Positions 52,640 to 62,006 of a stretch of 64,000 nucleotides of DNA are shown here, piece by piece; positions within the stretch are counted from its first letter, which is position 1; every line of letters starts with the position of its first letter. Made by a program: the position numbers and the translations under genes. Origin of the DNA: an uncultured bacterium (GTDB taxonomy: Bacteria > Verrucomicrobiota > Verrucomicrobiia > Limisphaerales > UBA8199); assembly GCA_963749495.1 (NCBI GenBank), contig CAVVMW010000006.1:768001-832000 (forward strand). The letters run 5' to 3'. The notes beneath the pieces are model-generated. The model worked only from the letters and a program-made list of their open reading frames with translations, had not been told where the DNA came from and ran no database searches.

Positions 52640-53905
52640 TCACAGTCCCAGTTTCTTCACGACCGCCTCGGTCTTTTCCAGATCGTAGCCGAACCACCCA
52701 TCCACGATCTTTCCATCTCGGCCAATGACGTAAGTCATCGGATCAGCCCCCAGATCGGGCAGAGCCAGATACCGGTTCATCGCCTCCCTCGCCGCCGGTG
52801 AAATGTCGAGAATGATCGGAAACGTCACCTTGTTTTCCTTGAGATAATCCAGGGCGATCTTGCGACTATCCGCCACGTTCACTCCCAGGACGACCAGTCC
52901 TTTGTCATGATACCTCTCGTACAACTTCTGGAGACTCCCTGTCTCCTCCCGGCAGGCCGGTCAGCCACACCGCCACTTGTTGAGCCAGACAATCTGGCCT
53001 CGAAAGCTGGACAGCTTGAGCTTGCCCCCGTTCAGCGCAGCCAATTCGAAGTCCGGGGCCGTTGTGCCAGGTTTCAGAAGACTCTCCTCGATGTCTGGCA
53101 TCTTCCACTCCTTCCAGTCCTTGGGCGGAGACCAGGCGAACCGGTCATTTGACATCTTCGCATCCACCGCCACGTCCAACCACGATTCTTCCCAAACAGC
53201 TTCCCTATCCAAGACCCGAAGCACCTCCTTCAACTTGCGTGGCAGCCGGTCTTTCCTTGCCAGCCATAGCTCATAACTCCGCTGATGCTTCATGATGCTC
53301 ACCTCGATCCCATCGCACACTTCACCCCCGATGGTGTTCGTGCTCAGGCTGCGGACTCCATCAATGTAGGCCTGGAGCGAATCGGTATATCCATGAAATG
53401 TGCTCGGCTCGAGGATCATCATCAGCCCCAGGTGGGCGACCTCGTGCCAAATCGAGTGCCTCCCCACAGGTGTGCGTACCTTCATGAAAAACTTCTTCTG
53501 ATACTTTTCGTAGTCCTCGGCATACTTGCCGCTCCGTTCCCAGCCGTAGCGATACTTGCCCTCCGGCCAGTATAGCCAGAAGTAATCGCCATCGCCGACG
53601 AGGATGCCGCCGGGTTCCTTCTTGCCGATGCGTGTTATCTCGACTCGGGCGTAGTTGGGCTTCTTGAGCCAGACCCGATAGGTGAGAGACGTAAAAGACC
53701 GCCCTTGATACTGCATCCCATGCTCGCCGGTCCATGACAAGGTCGTCGCCTTACGCATTGCCTGGATCATCTCCCGGTAGAGCTGGTGTGCCGCCGGGTC
53801 GTCCTGAAACACAGCCTCAACCGTATTCGTCTGCTGCGGCCAGGCACGAAGAACACTGAAGCAAAGCGCCACCGCGAGCCCCAGCTTCATCCATACGTTT
53901 TTCAT
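52640..53905 (-). CDS. exported LolA/DUF2092-like + TlpA redoxin, predicted selenoprotein (UxxC)
   Basis: In-frame TGA at 52961-52963 gives W-R-C-G-U-P-A-C-R-E-E and the frame continues to 52640; signal peptide; APDFEL, DPMTYVIGRDG. Confidence 0.85.
52930..52946 (-). other. candidate bacterial SECIS hairpin
   Basis: GGAGAC-AGGGA-GTCTCC; apical loop begins 20 nt after UGA with G at loop position 2. Confidence 0.7.
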
Positions 53906-54152
53906 GGCATCCCGGCCGGTTTCGAGAAGTGTGTTTTCACGACAAACCATAGTTGAACCTGCACTTCCTGACTGAACTTTGGCCAGCAGAATACATCGTG
54001 AGGGACCTGTCAAGCCCCATTCTTCAGAAATCCCTGCCGGATTCCCCAGAGCCACGTCCTCGGATGACCGGCCACAGCCACCCAACCTTCCAGTGGTCCC
54101 CATTTCCCGCATTCGATATCCACCTCAACCCCAACAGAAAGGAAAAGCACAC

Positions 54153-55787
54153 ATGAAGTCTGAAATCACATTGGCCGCGTCGGAGCTGAAAGAAGCTCTG
54201 CCCGGCCTCGCCAAGATCATCGGCCGGTCCAGAACCCTGCCGGTGCTCCAAACCGTTCGCATCAACCGCAACAAGGAGGGCGTCGTCACCCTCCACGCCA
54301 CCGACCTGGATTCCTTCGTCACCTACACCGCCAAGGGAACGCAACAGGGCCCGGCCGAGGAAGTTCTGGTCCCTGTGGATCAGCTCACGAAGGCCATGAA
54401 ATGCTCCTCCCCCAAAGAGGACATCGGCATCGTCCAGGAGTCCAAAGAGAAGGTGAAGCTGCGGTACAACATCGCCGGCAACCTGGTCGAGCAAACCATC
54501 ACCACCTTGCCTGTGGACGATTATCCTCCGGTTCCTCGCATCAGGCAACCCGGCGTTCAACTAGAGCCGGGGTTTGGCCAGGCATTGAAGGAGGCCCTCC
54601 AGTGTTGCAGTGACGATTACACTCGGCACATCCTCAATGGGGCTTGCCTCGACGTGACCGACAAAAAATTCCATCACATCGTCGGCACCAATGGCAGGAT
54701 GTTGTTCTCGGCAAACTCCTTCTGCTTCACGTTGGAGAAGTCCGTGGTCATCCCGGACTCAAAGTTCCTCTCGTGGAGCGATTTCCTGGACGAGCAGCCG
54801 GCCTTTCTGAGCGTGGAGCCGGGGCTGGAGGCGAAGGAGGCCAAAGATGGAAAGCCGGCAGTGGAAGCAGCGCCGGGTTGGGTGAGGCTCGAATCTCCTC
54901 GGTGGACCTTCATCGCCAGGGAAATCGAAGGCACGTTTCCGACTTGGAGACAATGCATGCCGACCCCGAACAGCAAATGGACTGAGGTCTTGTTGAGCGA
55001 GGAGGCCATCAAACAGCTCATTCAGGTCGTCCCCAATCTGCCCGGCGCCGATCTCCCCAACTGCACGATTCGGTTGCGGGTCGAGCGTTATCTCTTCGTT
55101 GAGGGGCAGAACAAAGATGACCAGGTATGGACCAGCGTTCCGGTGCAGTCCGTCAAGGTCACTGGCAACCCGGTCACCATCGCCCTCAACCGCGAGTACC
55201 TGCTCAAGGCCCTGCGCTTCGGGTTGAACAAACTCGAAATCGAAGACTCCCTGACGCCGATGATCCTCTCAAAGGGCGGCAAGAAACTGGTCATCAGCCC
55301 TCTCAACCTGGATGGAGGCACAGTCGCCGTCGCCAAGCCTGCACAGCCAACCGCAGAAGCCACAACGCCGCCGTCGAATCAAACCGCGCCCCAGGAACAA
55401 CCAGGGTCGCCAACCCAAGAAAGGACTGAAATGCCCAAGAAGAACACCACAACCGAAGCTGCCGAGAGCCAGGGAAGGCAGGAAAACACCGCCAAGGAGA
55501 CCACCATCAGCACTACGGCCACCACGGTCGCCAAGGAATCCGAGGCCAATACTGCCAACGCCAACGCCAACGGCAGCACCGCGGCCACAACCAACGGCAG
55601 CACCTCGGCCATCAAGTCCCTGGTCGAGCAGGTGGACCAGATCAAGGACAACCTCAGGGCCGCCATTCGGGATCTGTCCAACATAGTCGACACCGTGAAG
55701 GCCGCTGAGAAGGAGAAGAAGACCACGGAGAAGGAGATCGAAGCCGTCCGTGCCAAGCTGCGCCAGATCCAGAACGTGAGCATCTGA
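54153..55787 (+). CDS. DNA polymerase III beta-clamp-like protein with C-terminal linker and coiled coil
   Basis: TLPVL, ATDLD, DDYPP, DYTRHILNG, GTNGRML, IEGTFPTW, LNREYLLKAL. Confidence 0.8.
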   Translation: MKSEITLAASELKEALPGLAKIIGRSRTLPVLQTVRINRNKEGVVTLHATDLDSFVTYTAKGTQQGPAEEVLVPVDQLTKAMKCSSPKEDIGIVQESKEKVKLRYNIAGNLVEQTITTLPVDDYPPVPRIRQPGVQLEPGFGQALKEALQCCSDDYTRHILNGACLDVTDKKFHHIVGTNGRMLFSANSFCFTLEKSVVIPDSKFLSWSDFLDEQPAFLSVEPGLEAKEAKDGKPAVEAAPGWVRLESPRWTFIAREIEGTFPTWRQCMPTPNSKWTEVLLSEEAIKQLIQVVPNLPGADLPNCTIRLRVERYLFVEGQNKDDQVWTSVPVQSVKVTGNPVTIALNREYLLKALRFGLNKLEIEDSLTPMILSKGGKKLVISPLNLDGGTVAVAKPAQPTAEATTPPSNQTAPQEQPGSPTQERTEMPKKNTTTEAAESQGRQENTAKETTISTTATTVAKESEANTANANANGSTAATTNGSTSAIKSLVEQVDQIKDNLRAAIRDLSNIVDTVKAAEKEKKTTEKEIEAVRAKLRQIQNVSI

Positions 55788-55808
55788 GTCCGGGCAGAGC
55801 AGTCAACC

Positions 55809-55841
55809 AGAGCCAGGCATCTTCAACGGGTGCCTGGCTCT
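55809..55841 (+). repeat. hairpin R5
   Basis: AGAGCCAGGCATC-ttcaacg-GGTGCCTGGCTCT followed by TTT. Confidence 0.8.
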
Positions 55842-55870
55842 TTTCGTGTCACTTCACCCGCAACCTCAAA

Positions 55871-56077
55871 ATGGAGAAAGACCAAACTGTCAAAAACATC
55901 TGTTTCGCCGTGGCCGCTCTGATCGCCATCTACGTGTTCTTCGCATTGCTTCCCTACCTGGTGATTTTCCTGGCTCTGTGTGGAGCCTGGTATCTGTTCC
56001 AGGAGCACGAGAGGAGCAAACGGAACAATCACCACAACTGCCACCGTCGCCATCACCGGCACTGGCACTGGCACTGA
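55871..56077 (+). CDS. small membrane protein with His-rich tail
   Basis: Long hydrophobic segment then NNHHNCHRRHHRHWHWH. Confidence 0.6.
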   Translation: MEKDQTVKNICFAVAALIAIYVFFALLPYLVIFLALCGAWYLFQEHERSKRNNHHNCHRRHHRHWHWH

Positions 56078-56132
56078 CCACGGCACCCTCAACAACCGCA
56101 ACTTCAACCGCAACAAAAGGAATCAATCGAAA

Positions 56133-57153
56133 ATGGACAACAACAACGACAACAACGGCCTTCTCTCCATACTCACCAGGGAAGGCGTGCTCTTGAAGGT
56201 GAGTGTTTCATATTGGCGCGGTCACAAGAAGCTGCGCCCGGAAGACATCGGGCTGGAACGGAAGAACCTCTCTGACCGCCTCATCAGCCTGGGCCACAAA
56301 CGCCTGCTGCCCAAAGATGCGCTCGCTTCGCTGGCACTCATCGAAGGCCGTGCTCATGCCCTGGTGGAATCGAACACATTTCCCTTCCTGAACGGCCTGG
56401 GTCACTTCCTGCCCAACTCGAAGCTGGCAGAGGTGACCCGAAAGCTGAATGAACTGCAAACCGAGTTCTGGGCGGTGAAGAAAGCCTTCCTGGAAAAGTA
56501 CTCCTCTCTTCGTCAAAGTGCGTCGAAGGAGTGGAGGAAGATGGCCGAGAAGCTGGTGAAAGACCCGGATCAACTCGTGGCCACCATCGAAGCCTCCTTC
56601 CCGTATGCAGGCCAAATGGACAGGTACTACGGCTTCGACATCCAGCTCTTCCAGATCGCCCTCCCTCAACACATGGCCGCTGAACTGGTCTCCGCCTCCG
56701 AACAGCAGGCGGTAATTGAAGCCAGACAGAGAGCAGCGCAAGAGGCCGGCCAGAGAATCCGCTCAGGGGTGGAATCGTTCGTGGCTGATTGTGTTGCGTC
56801 ATTGAGGGAGCAGACAGCCCAACTCTGTGAGGACATGCTTTCGAGCATCAACGGGTCTGAAACCGGAGTCCACCAGAAAACCCTCAATCGCCTGGTCCGG
56901 TTCATCGATCAGTTCAAATCCATGAACTTCGTCAATGACCGAGTGATGGAGCAGCAGTTGGAGGGCGTGAAGAAGGAGCTGCTCTCCAAGACGGCCGAAG
57001 AGTACCCGGGATTCTGCTGTGGCCAGGGCTCGACTCAAAAACGGGCTCTCTCAACTGGCGAACCAAGCTCGAACTCTTGCTCACCAGGACGCCACTGAGT
57101 GGGTCAATCGGTTTGGTGAGCTTGGGAGGAGGAAATTCAATCTGGCTGCATGA
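56133..57153 (+). CDS. DUF3150-like protein (frameshift near 57006)
   Basis: VSYWRGHKKLRPED..SLGHKRLLP..FPFL.G; restored tail ..FGELGRRKFNLAA stop, overlapping the next ATG. Confidence 0.7.
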
Positions 57154-57404
57154 AAGCAAATCAACTCGTCCAGAAGCTCGGCCAAAAGCTCCTCGGGCAG
57201 AAAGTCAACACGCCTGCACTTGGTGAATATCCAGGGGGTGTGGCGACCGTGATTCAACTAGCGCCAGATGAGAATGCGCCTGAGATCGCCTTCCAGGTCA
57301 GCTTGCCTCATTACGGAGACATCGGAGTATTTGAAACCGAGGACGTTTCGTTGCTGGTGGACAAATTCACTCCGCCCAAACTCCATGAAAACTGGCGAAA
57401 CTGA
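57150..57404 (+). CDS. hypothetical protein
   Basis: ATGA-coupled 84-aa ORF. Confidence 0.6.
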   Translation: MKANQLVQKLGQKLLGQKVNTPALGEYPGGVATVIQLAPDENAPEIAFQVSLPHYGDIGVFETEDVSLLVDKFTPPKLHENWRN

Positions 57405-57656
57405 CAACAGCGAAGCGGGCCGTTTTGTATGGAGACGCTGCAATGCTGGCTGGTGGGACCTCATACGTGGTGGTCAATATGCGGGCTGGAGTGTTGCCCA
57501 GCAGTGTCGAGTTCGCTGGGTGAGAGGACGCCCATGCCAATACGACTGCGGCTGGTACGTCTTCAACGACAGCACCGACCAGATGATTGGCCCGTTCAAA
57601 ACACCCACGGCGGCGAGGGGTTCCTGCCCGCTCCTGGGATAAACCAAAGCAATCAA

Positions 57657-57707
57657 GGGGATGGGGACTGGGCTGGACTGTCGCAGGTTCAGCCCGGTTC
57701 CATCTCC
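57657..57707 (+). repeat. long hairpin R6
   Basis: GGGGATGGGGACTGGGCTGGACT-gtcgc-AGGTTCAGCCCGGTTCCATCTCC. Confidence 0.85.
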
Positions 57708-57740
57708 AATCTTCACACTTCACGAAAGGAAAACGAGAAC

Positions 57741-58193
57741 ATGGCCGACTACTTCACCAACTTCAGCGTGGTCATCAACTTGGCGACCGAAGCACAACAG
57801 GCGTATGCCCTTGCCCTGGCCCACAAAGCCCACCACGCTCAACAAGGCGAGGGATTGCCTGACGACATCCCCGAGATCCTAAAGGACGCAATCGAGGACT
57901 GGCAGTTCGAGACGGAGCCTGACGGTTCTGCCACGACACACGGGATTTGGCTGCACTCCATGTATGGCGGCGTGGATGCCGTGTGCGCCTTCATCCAACA
58001 TCTGCTCCAGAAGTTCGAGCCGCAAGGCCGCGTGACCTTCGAGTGGTCGCACGACTGCTCCAAACCACGCACGGATGCTTATGGAGGTGGAGCCGCCGTC
58101 ATCACCGCCCAGGAGATCAAGACGATGAACACTGCGGACTGGTTGAACGAGCAAATCGCCCGGCTGCCAGCTTTGAAATCACCCGCACCATAA
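57741..58193 (+). CDS. conserved hypothetical protein
   Basis: MADYFTNFS..FEWSHDCSKPRTDAYGGGA; AAGGA RBS. Confidence 0.75.
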   Translation: MADYFTNFSVVINLATEAQQAYALALAHKAHHAQQGEGLPDDIPEILKDAIEDWQFETEPDGSATTHGIWLHSMYGGVDAVCAFIQHLLQKFEPQGRVTFEWSHDCSKPRTDAYGGGAAVITAQEIKTMNTADWLNEQIARLPALKSPAP

Positions 58194-58218
58194 GCCGTAA
58201 ACCACAAACAACAATCAA

Positions 58219-58270
58219 AGGGATGGGGACTGGGCTGGGCTGTCGAAGGCTCGGCCTAGTTCCTGTCCCT
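58219..58270 (+). repeat. long hairpin R7 (direct repeat of R6)
   Basis: AGGGATGGGGACTGGGCTGGGCT-gtcga-AGGCTCGGCCTAGTTCCTGTCCCT. Confidence 0.85.
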
Positions 58271-58304
58271 GATCAGTTTACGCTTCATTGACCGTTCGCA
58301 AGCT

Positions 58305-58673
58305 TCAGAATCCACTCTCCATCCGGCATCCCCTTCCAATCAGAAGGCACAACAAGAGAATCCCAACCGGCACGGCCCCAACGGTTATACCGGCTAACGC
58401 TGGATACTTCGGCTGCTCTCTGCGGCGAAGTCCGATGATCCCAGCCAGCACGCCGAGGACCGAGACCACGACACAGAGCAACAGGCCTAGAATGGCAGGG
58501 ACGAAATTCTCATGTGGGCCGGTGGCGACGATCCCGCCAGCAGCGAGCGGGCTGGCGACAGAGAGCCCGAGCGAGGTCCAGCCAAGAAATGGCCTTACCC
58601 GCTTTTCCTCCTCAGCCAGGCCTCGCATATCAAAAGAGGCTTGCCTGTTCTCGCATGGCTTTTCGTGTTTCAT
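58305..58673 (-). CDS. small membrane protein (antisense cargo)
   Basis: Three hydrophobic segments, GVLAGIIGLRR. Confidence 0.55.
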   Translation of the reverse strand: MKHEKPCENRQASFDMRGLAEEEKRVRPFLGWTSLGLSVASPLAAGGIVATGPHENFVPAILGLLLCVVVSVLGVLAGIIGLRRREQPKYPALAGITVGAVPVGILLLCLLIGRGCRMESGF

Positions 58674-58802
58674 GCTCCAAGCATATCCCAGAGCCATTTA
58701 TGCCCGTAATTGATAATACTGATGCCTGCATTGCTTTTGTCAATCATTTCGTTCCATCCGTCTGAACGTTCAGGAATGTGGAACATCAACCAAAAACCTA
58801 AA

Positions 58803-59180
58803 ATGAGTCACTTCACCGAAATCAAGACACAGATAAAAGACATCGAGGCCCTGCGCTTAGCCGTTCAGGAGATGGGGTTGACCCTCCTCCAGAACGCCGG
58901 AGCCAGGGGTTATTACGAGAACAAAACCAAAGGCGACTTCGTAATCCGGCTCAAAGGCCCGTACGACATCGCCCTGAACAAGCAACCAGACGGCAGCTAC
59001 GCTCTGACTGCTGATCTTTGGCAGGGGCACGTCGAAAAGGAGGTTGGCCAGAAATACGGCAAACTCCTCCAGCTCTACGGCGTCCACAAGGCCAGCATCG
59101 AAGCCAGAAAAAAGGGGTTGTCTGTTCTTCGAAGGCCACAACAAAACGGCGCCATCAAACTCGTGCTCATGGGGGTATAA
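58803..59180 (+). CDS. DUF1257 family protein
   Basis: MSHFTEIKTQIKD..YDI..ADLW..LLQLY. Confidence 0.85.
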   Translation: MSHFTEIKTQIKDIEALRLAVQEMGLTLLQNAGARGYYENKTKGDFVIRLKGPYDIALNKQPDGSYALTADLWQGHVEKEVGQKYGKLLQLYGVHKASIEARKKGLSVLRRPQQNGAIKLVLMGV

Positions 59181-59375
59181 ATGACAAAGACCATCGAAAT
59201 CACCATCGGGACCACAGGCGAAATCCAAATTGACGCCGTTGGGTTCAAGGGGCCTGACTGCGAAAAGGCGACCAAGTTCCTGGAAGAGGCGCTTGGAGTG
59301 GTGGGGAAAAAGGTCAAGAAGCCCGAGTACCACCAGCGCAGCAACAGGACAACCCAACAGAAACTCGGAACATGA
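59181..59375 (+). CDS. DUF2997 family protein
   Basis: IEITI..GE..GFKGPDC..AT..LEEALG..PEY. Confidence 0.85.
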   Translation: MTKTIEITIGTTGEIQIDAVGFKGPDCEKATKFLEEALGVVGKKVKKPEYHQRSNRTTQQKLGT

Positions 59376-59676
59376 ACACGAAACCAGCTGCCGACATTTT
59401 GCATGGTGGGGTGTTCAAACCGCCATCGAACCAGCCAAGCCCGAGCCCAGAACCGCAAGAGATTCGTTGCTGTTGGACGCGCTGTAAACGGAAAGCGGTC
59501 TCCTGGAACCCGATCTTTGGAAAAGTCTGCTCTAAACACGCTCCCTTGGCTGGCGCGTCCAGCAAAAAACGAAATCGGCGATTGCGTACAGATGCAAAGG
59601 GTGGGTTTCAACAAAGTGGGCGAGAGCGATGGGCCGACCCGTTGAACCGCTCGTGGATTCAAACTCTAAACCCAAT

Positions 59677-60009
59677 ATGGCAAAGAAAGCACACAATCGA
59701 TCGGTTTTCACACCGGCACTGAAACGCGCGGAGAATGACCTGTTGAAGTACCTGGAATCGTCCTGCTACCTGGTCGTTTCACATGACGGCTATTGGGGCA
59801 GGGCAGAGACGGTTGAAAAAGGTGCCCGGAACTGTCTGAAGCAGGGGGCGTCTCGAAAAGGAACCGCCTCCGTGCTCCTGGTTCTGGGGGATGAAACCGC
59901 GGAGATCAACGAAGCCGGGTACATCATCCGGGATGCAGGCTCTCACAGCGTCACGGTAATTGAACAGATCAAACTCGGTTCACTCGTCAAGAACATCAGA
60001 AAACCCTGA
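59677..60009 (+). CDS. hypothetical protein
   Basis: ATG 59677, co-oriented. Confidence 0.55.
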   Translation: MAKKAHNRSVFTPALKRAENDLLKYLESSCYLVVSHDGYWGRAETVEKGARNCLKQGASRKGTASVLLVLGDETAEINEAGYIIRDAGSHSVTVIEQIKLGSLVKNIRKP

Positions 60010-60064
60010 ACGGATTCCGCCTTTGATCAACCGCAACCGAAAGCAGCAGACACAATCACACAAT

Positions 60065-60328
60065 ATGCAATCGATCAGAACCCCGGACTGCTGGCTCAAT
60101 GCGTCCGCGTCTCGCAGCTTCGCCCAGTTCGGCGGCACGCTGGGCTGGTATTCGCGGCCCACGCAACTGCCCAAAGAAGCCCGGCGCATCTCTCCGTCCA
60201 GGCTGCCGCTGTGCATCCGGACCTGTGTTGACCTGAAACATGTCGTCCACATTCACAAGCTGCGCTGCGGAGATCGGCCCCACTATTACTTCACCGACAC
60301 GGACGGAGACATCCAGCACATGGCCTGA
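60065..60328 (+). CDS. hypothetical protein
   Basis: ATG 60065, co-oriented. Confidence 0.5.
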   Translation: MQSIRTPDCWLNASASRSFAQFGGTLGWYSRPTQLPKEARRISPSRLPLCIRTCVDLKHVVHIHKLRCGDRPHYYFTDTDGDIQHMA

Positions 60329-60369
60329 TTCAGGCCGATACAACAACGACGAAAGGAGAAAGAACAAAA

Positions 60370-61136
60370 ATGGGCTTAACCATTCACTACTCATTGAAAG
60401 CCAGGGGCAGTGACGCCCGGGCTAGAAAACTCATCCAGACACTGCACCAGAGCGCCCAGGACTTGCCCTTCAAGGAATTGGGCCAGGTCGTGGAACTCTT
60501 TGGCGAGCAGTGTGATTTCAACAAGTGCGATCAGGAAGACCCGCTGCGTTGGCTTCTAATTCAGGCCACAGGCAGCGTGGATCTTAGCCATAACTGTTCT
60601 ACCGACGTGCTGCCGGCTCGGGTCATCGCCTTTACCGCTTGGCCAGGTGAGGGTTGCGAGGAGTCCAACTTCGGTTTGTGCAAGTACCCGGCCGCCATTG
60701 AAACATCCAGGGGACCACTGAAAACAAAGCTGTCCGGCTGGCACTGGAGTTCATTCTGCAAGACCCAGTACGCCAGCGATCCAAACTGCGGTGGTGTGCC
60801 CAACTTCCTGCAATGTCACCTGAGCATTATTGCCTTGCTCGACAAGGCCAAAGAGCTGGGCTGCCTGGCGGAGGTGAATGACGAGGGCGGCTTCTGGGAA
60901 CAACGCGATCTTCAGGCGCTGGTTCAACAGATTGGCTCTTGGAATGAAATGGTTGCCGCGTTCGGTGGAAGGTTAAAAGACCGGACCGAGGGCGGCCCGC
61001 TTGAGGTCGAGTCGGCCATTTCCCGATACCCGGACTTCGAGCAACTGGAAGCCGCTGGCCAACACAAACTGCCGCCTGGATATGAGAAGCTCGCCAGGCT
61101 CATTGGGCACGTTGGACGGGAGGTGCCCGCAACATG
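60370..61136 (+). CDS. conserved hypothetical protein, C-terminus cut by IS21
   Basis: MGLTIHY, PGEGCE, FCKTQYAS, VNDEGGFW; ORF runs into the IS end at 61137. Confidence 0.7.
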
Positions 61137-61265
61137 TGTCAGCGGCGGCGGGAACGCGGATGAAAAGCGCCGGTTCCAAAATCTGAGCGGGCGGAGGGTC
61201 GAAAAGCAAACAACCGGCAGCTTCTGCTGCCGGTTTTGCGACGGAACTGATAGTGGAGAACCGGA

Positions 61266-62006
61266 TCACGTTTGGATTTGGTCTTTCATGCGAAAGCTGG
61301 TGCCTTCGACGACAACCGTCTCGGCGTGATGGAGGAGCCGATCCAGGACGGCGGAGGCCAGCGTGGCGTCATTGTTGAAGATGCTGGCCCACTGTTTGAA
61401 GGGTTTGTTGGTAGTCACCACGATGGAACCGCGCTCGTAGCGCTGGCTGATAACCTGGAAGAGCAGGTCGGCGCCATGCTGGTCGATGGGCAGGTAGCCG
61501 ATCTCATCCAAGATCAACAGCCGGGGACGGAGGTATTTGCGGAGTTCACTTTTGAGGCGGCTGCTTTTCTGGGCGGCGCTGAGTTGGTTGATGACATTGA
61601 TGGCGTTGGCAAAGAGAACCGAGTGGCCCTCCAGACAGGCCGCGTAGCCGAGGGCGGTGGCCAAGTGGGTCTTGCCCAAGCCAACGTTGCCCAGGAAGAT
61701 GGCGTTGGCGTTCTGTTCCAGGAACTGCAGGCGAAAGAGGTTCTGCACCTGGAGCCGATTGATTTTCTTAAGCCAATCCCACTGGAACTGTTCGAGGGTC
61801 TTGATGACCGGAAAGCGCGCGGCCTTCACGTGCAGGGCCACGGCGCGCTCCCGGCGCTGCTGGTATTGGCCGTCGATGAGCCGGGCCAGGTATTCGGCGT
61901 GAGTCCAGGGCTGCCGGGCAGCCTGCTGGGCCAGGTCGTCGTATTGCGCCTTCAGGAAAGGCAGTTTGAGGTAGTCGAGTTGCTGAGCCAGGAGGGAGGG
62001 GTTCAT
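61266..62006 (-). CDS. istB: IS21 helper ATPase
   Basis: GNVGLGKTHLA, LILDEIGY, TTNKPF..W, LDRLLHH. Confidence 0.95.
   Translation of the reverse strand: MNPSLLAQQLDYLKLPFLKAQYDDLAQQAARQPWTHAEYLARLIDGQYQQRRERAVALHVKAARFPVIKTLEQFQWDWLKKINRLQVQNLFRLQFLEQNANAIFLGNVGLGKTHLATALGYAACLEGHSVLFANAINVINQLSAAQKSSRLKSELRKYLRPRLLILDEIGYLPIDQHGADLLFQVISQRYERGSIVVTTNKPFKQWASIFNNDATLASAVLDRLLHHAETVVVEGTSFRMKDQIQT

Noticed and set aside
1435..57153. Many single-base frameshifts (about 1867, 6912, 7155, 18375, 34892, 36550, 37465, 41862, 52146, 57006) as programmed frameshifting or phase variation
   Set aside because: They are scattered over unrelated genes, several in short homopolymers, with no slippery heptamers; long-read indel error is the simplest explanation and needs read-level checking.
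46693..58270. Integron attC sites
   Set aside because: No paired RYYYAAC/GTTRRRY ends and no integron integrase in the window.
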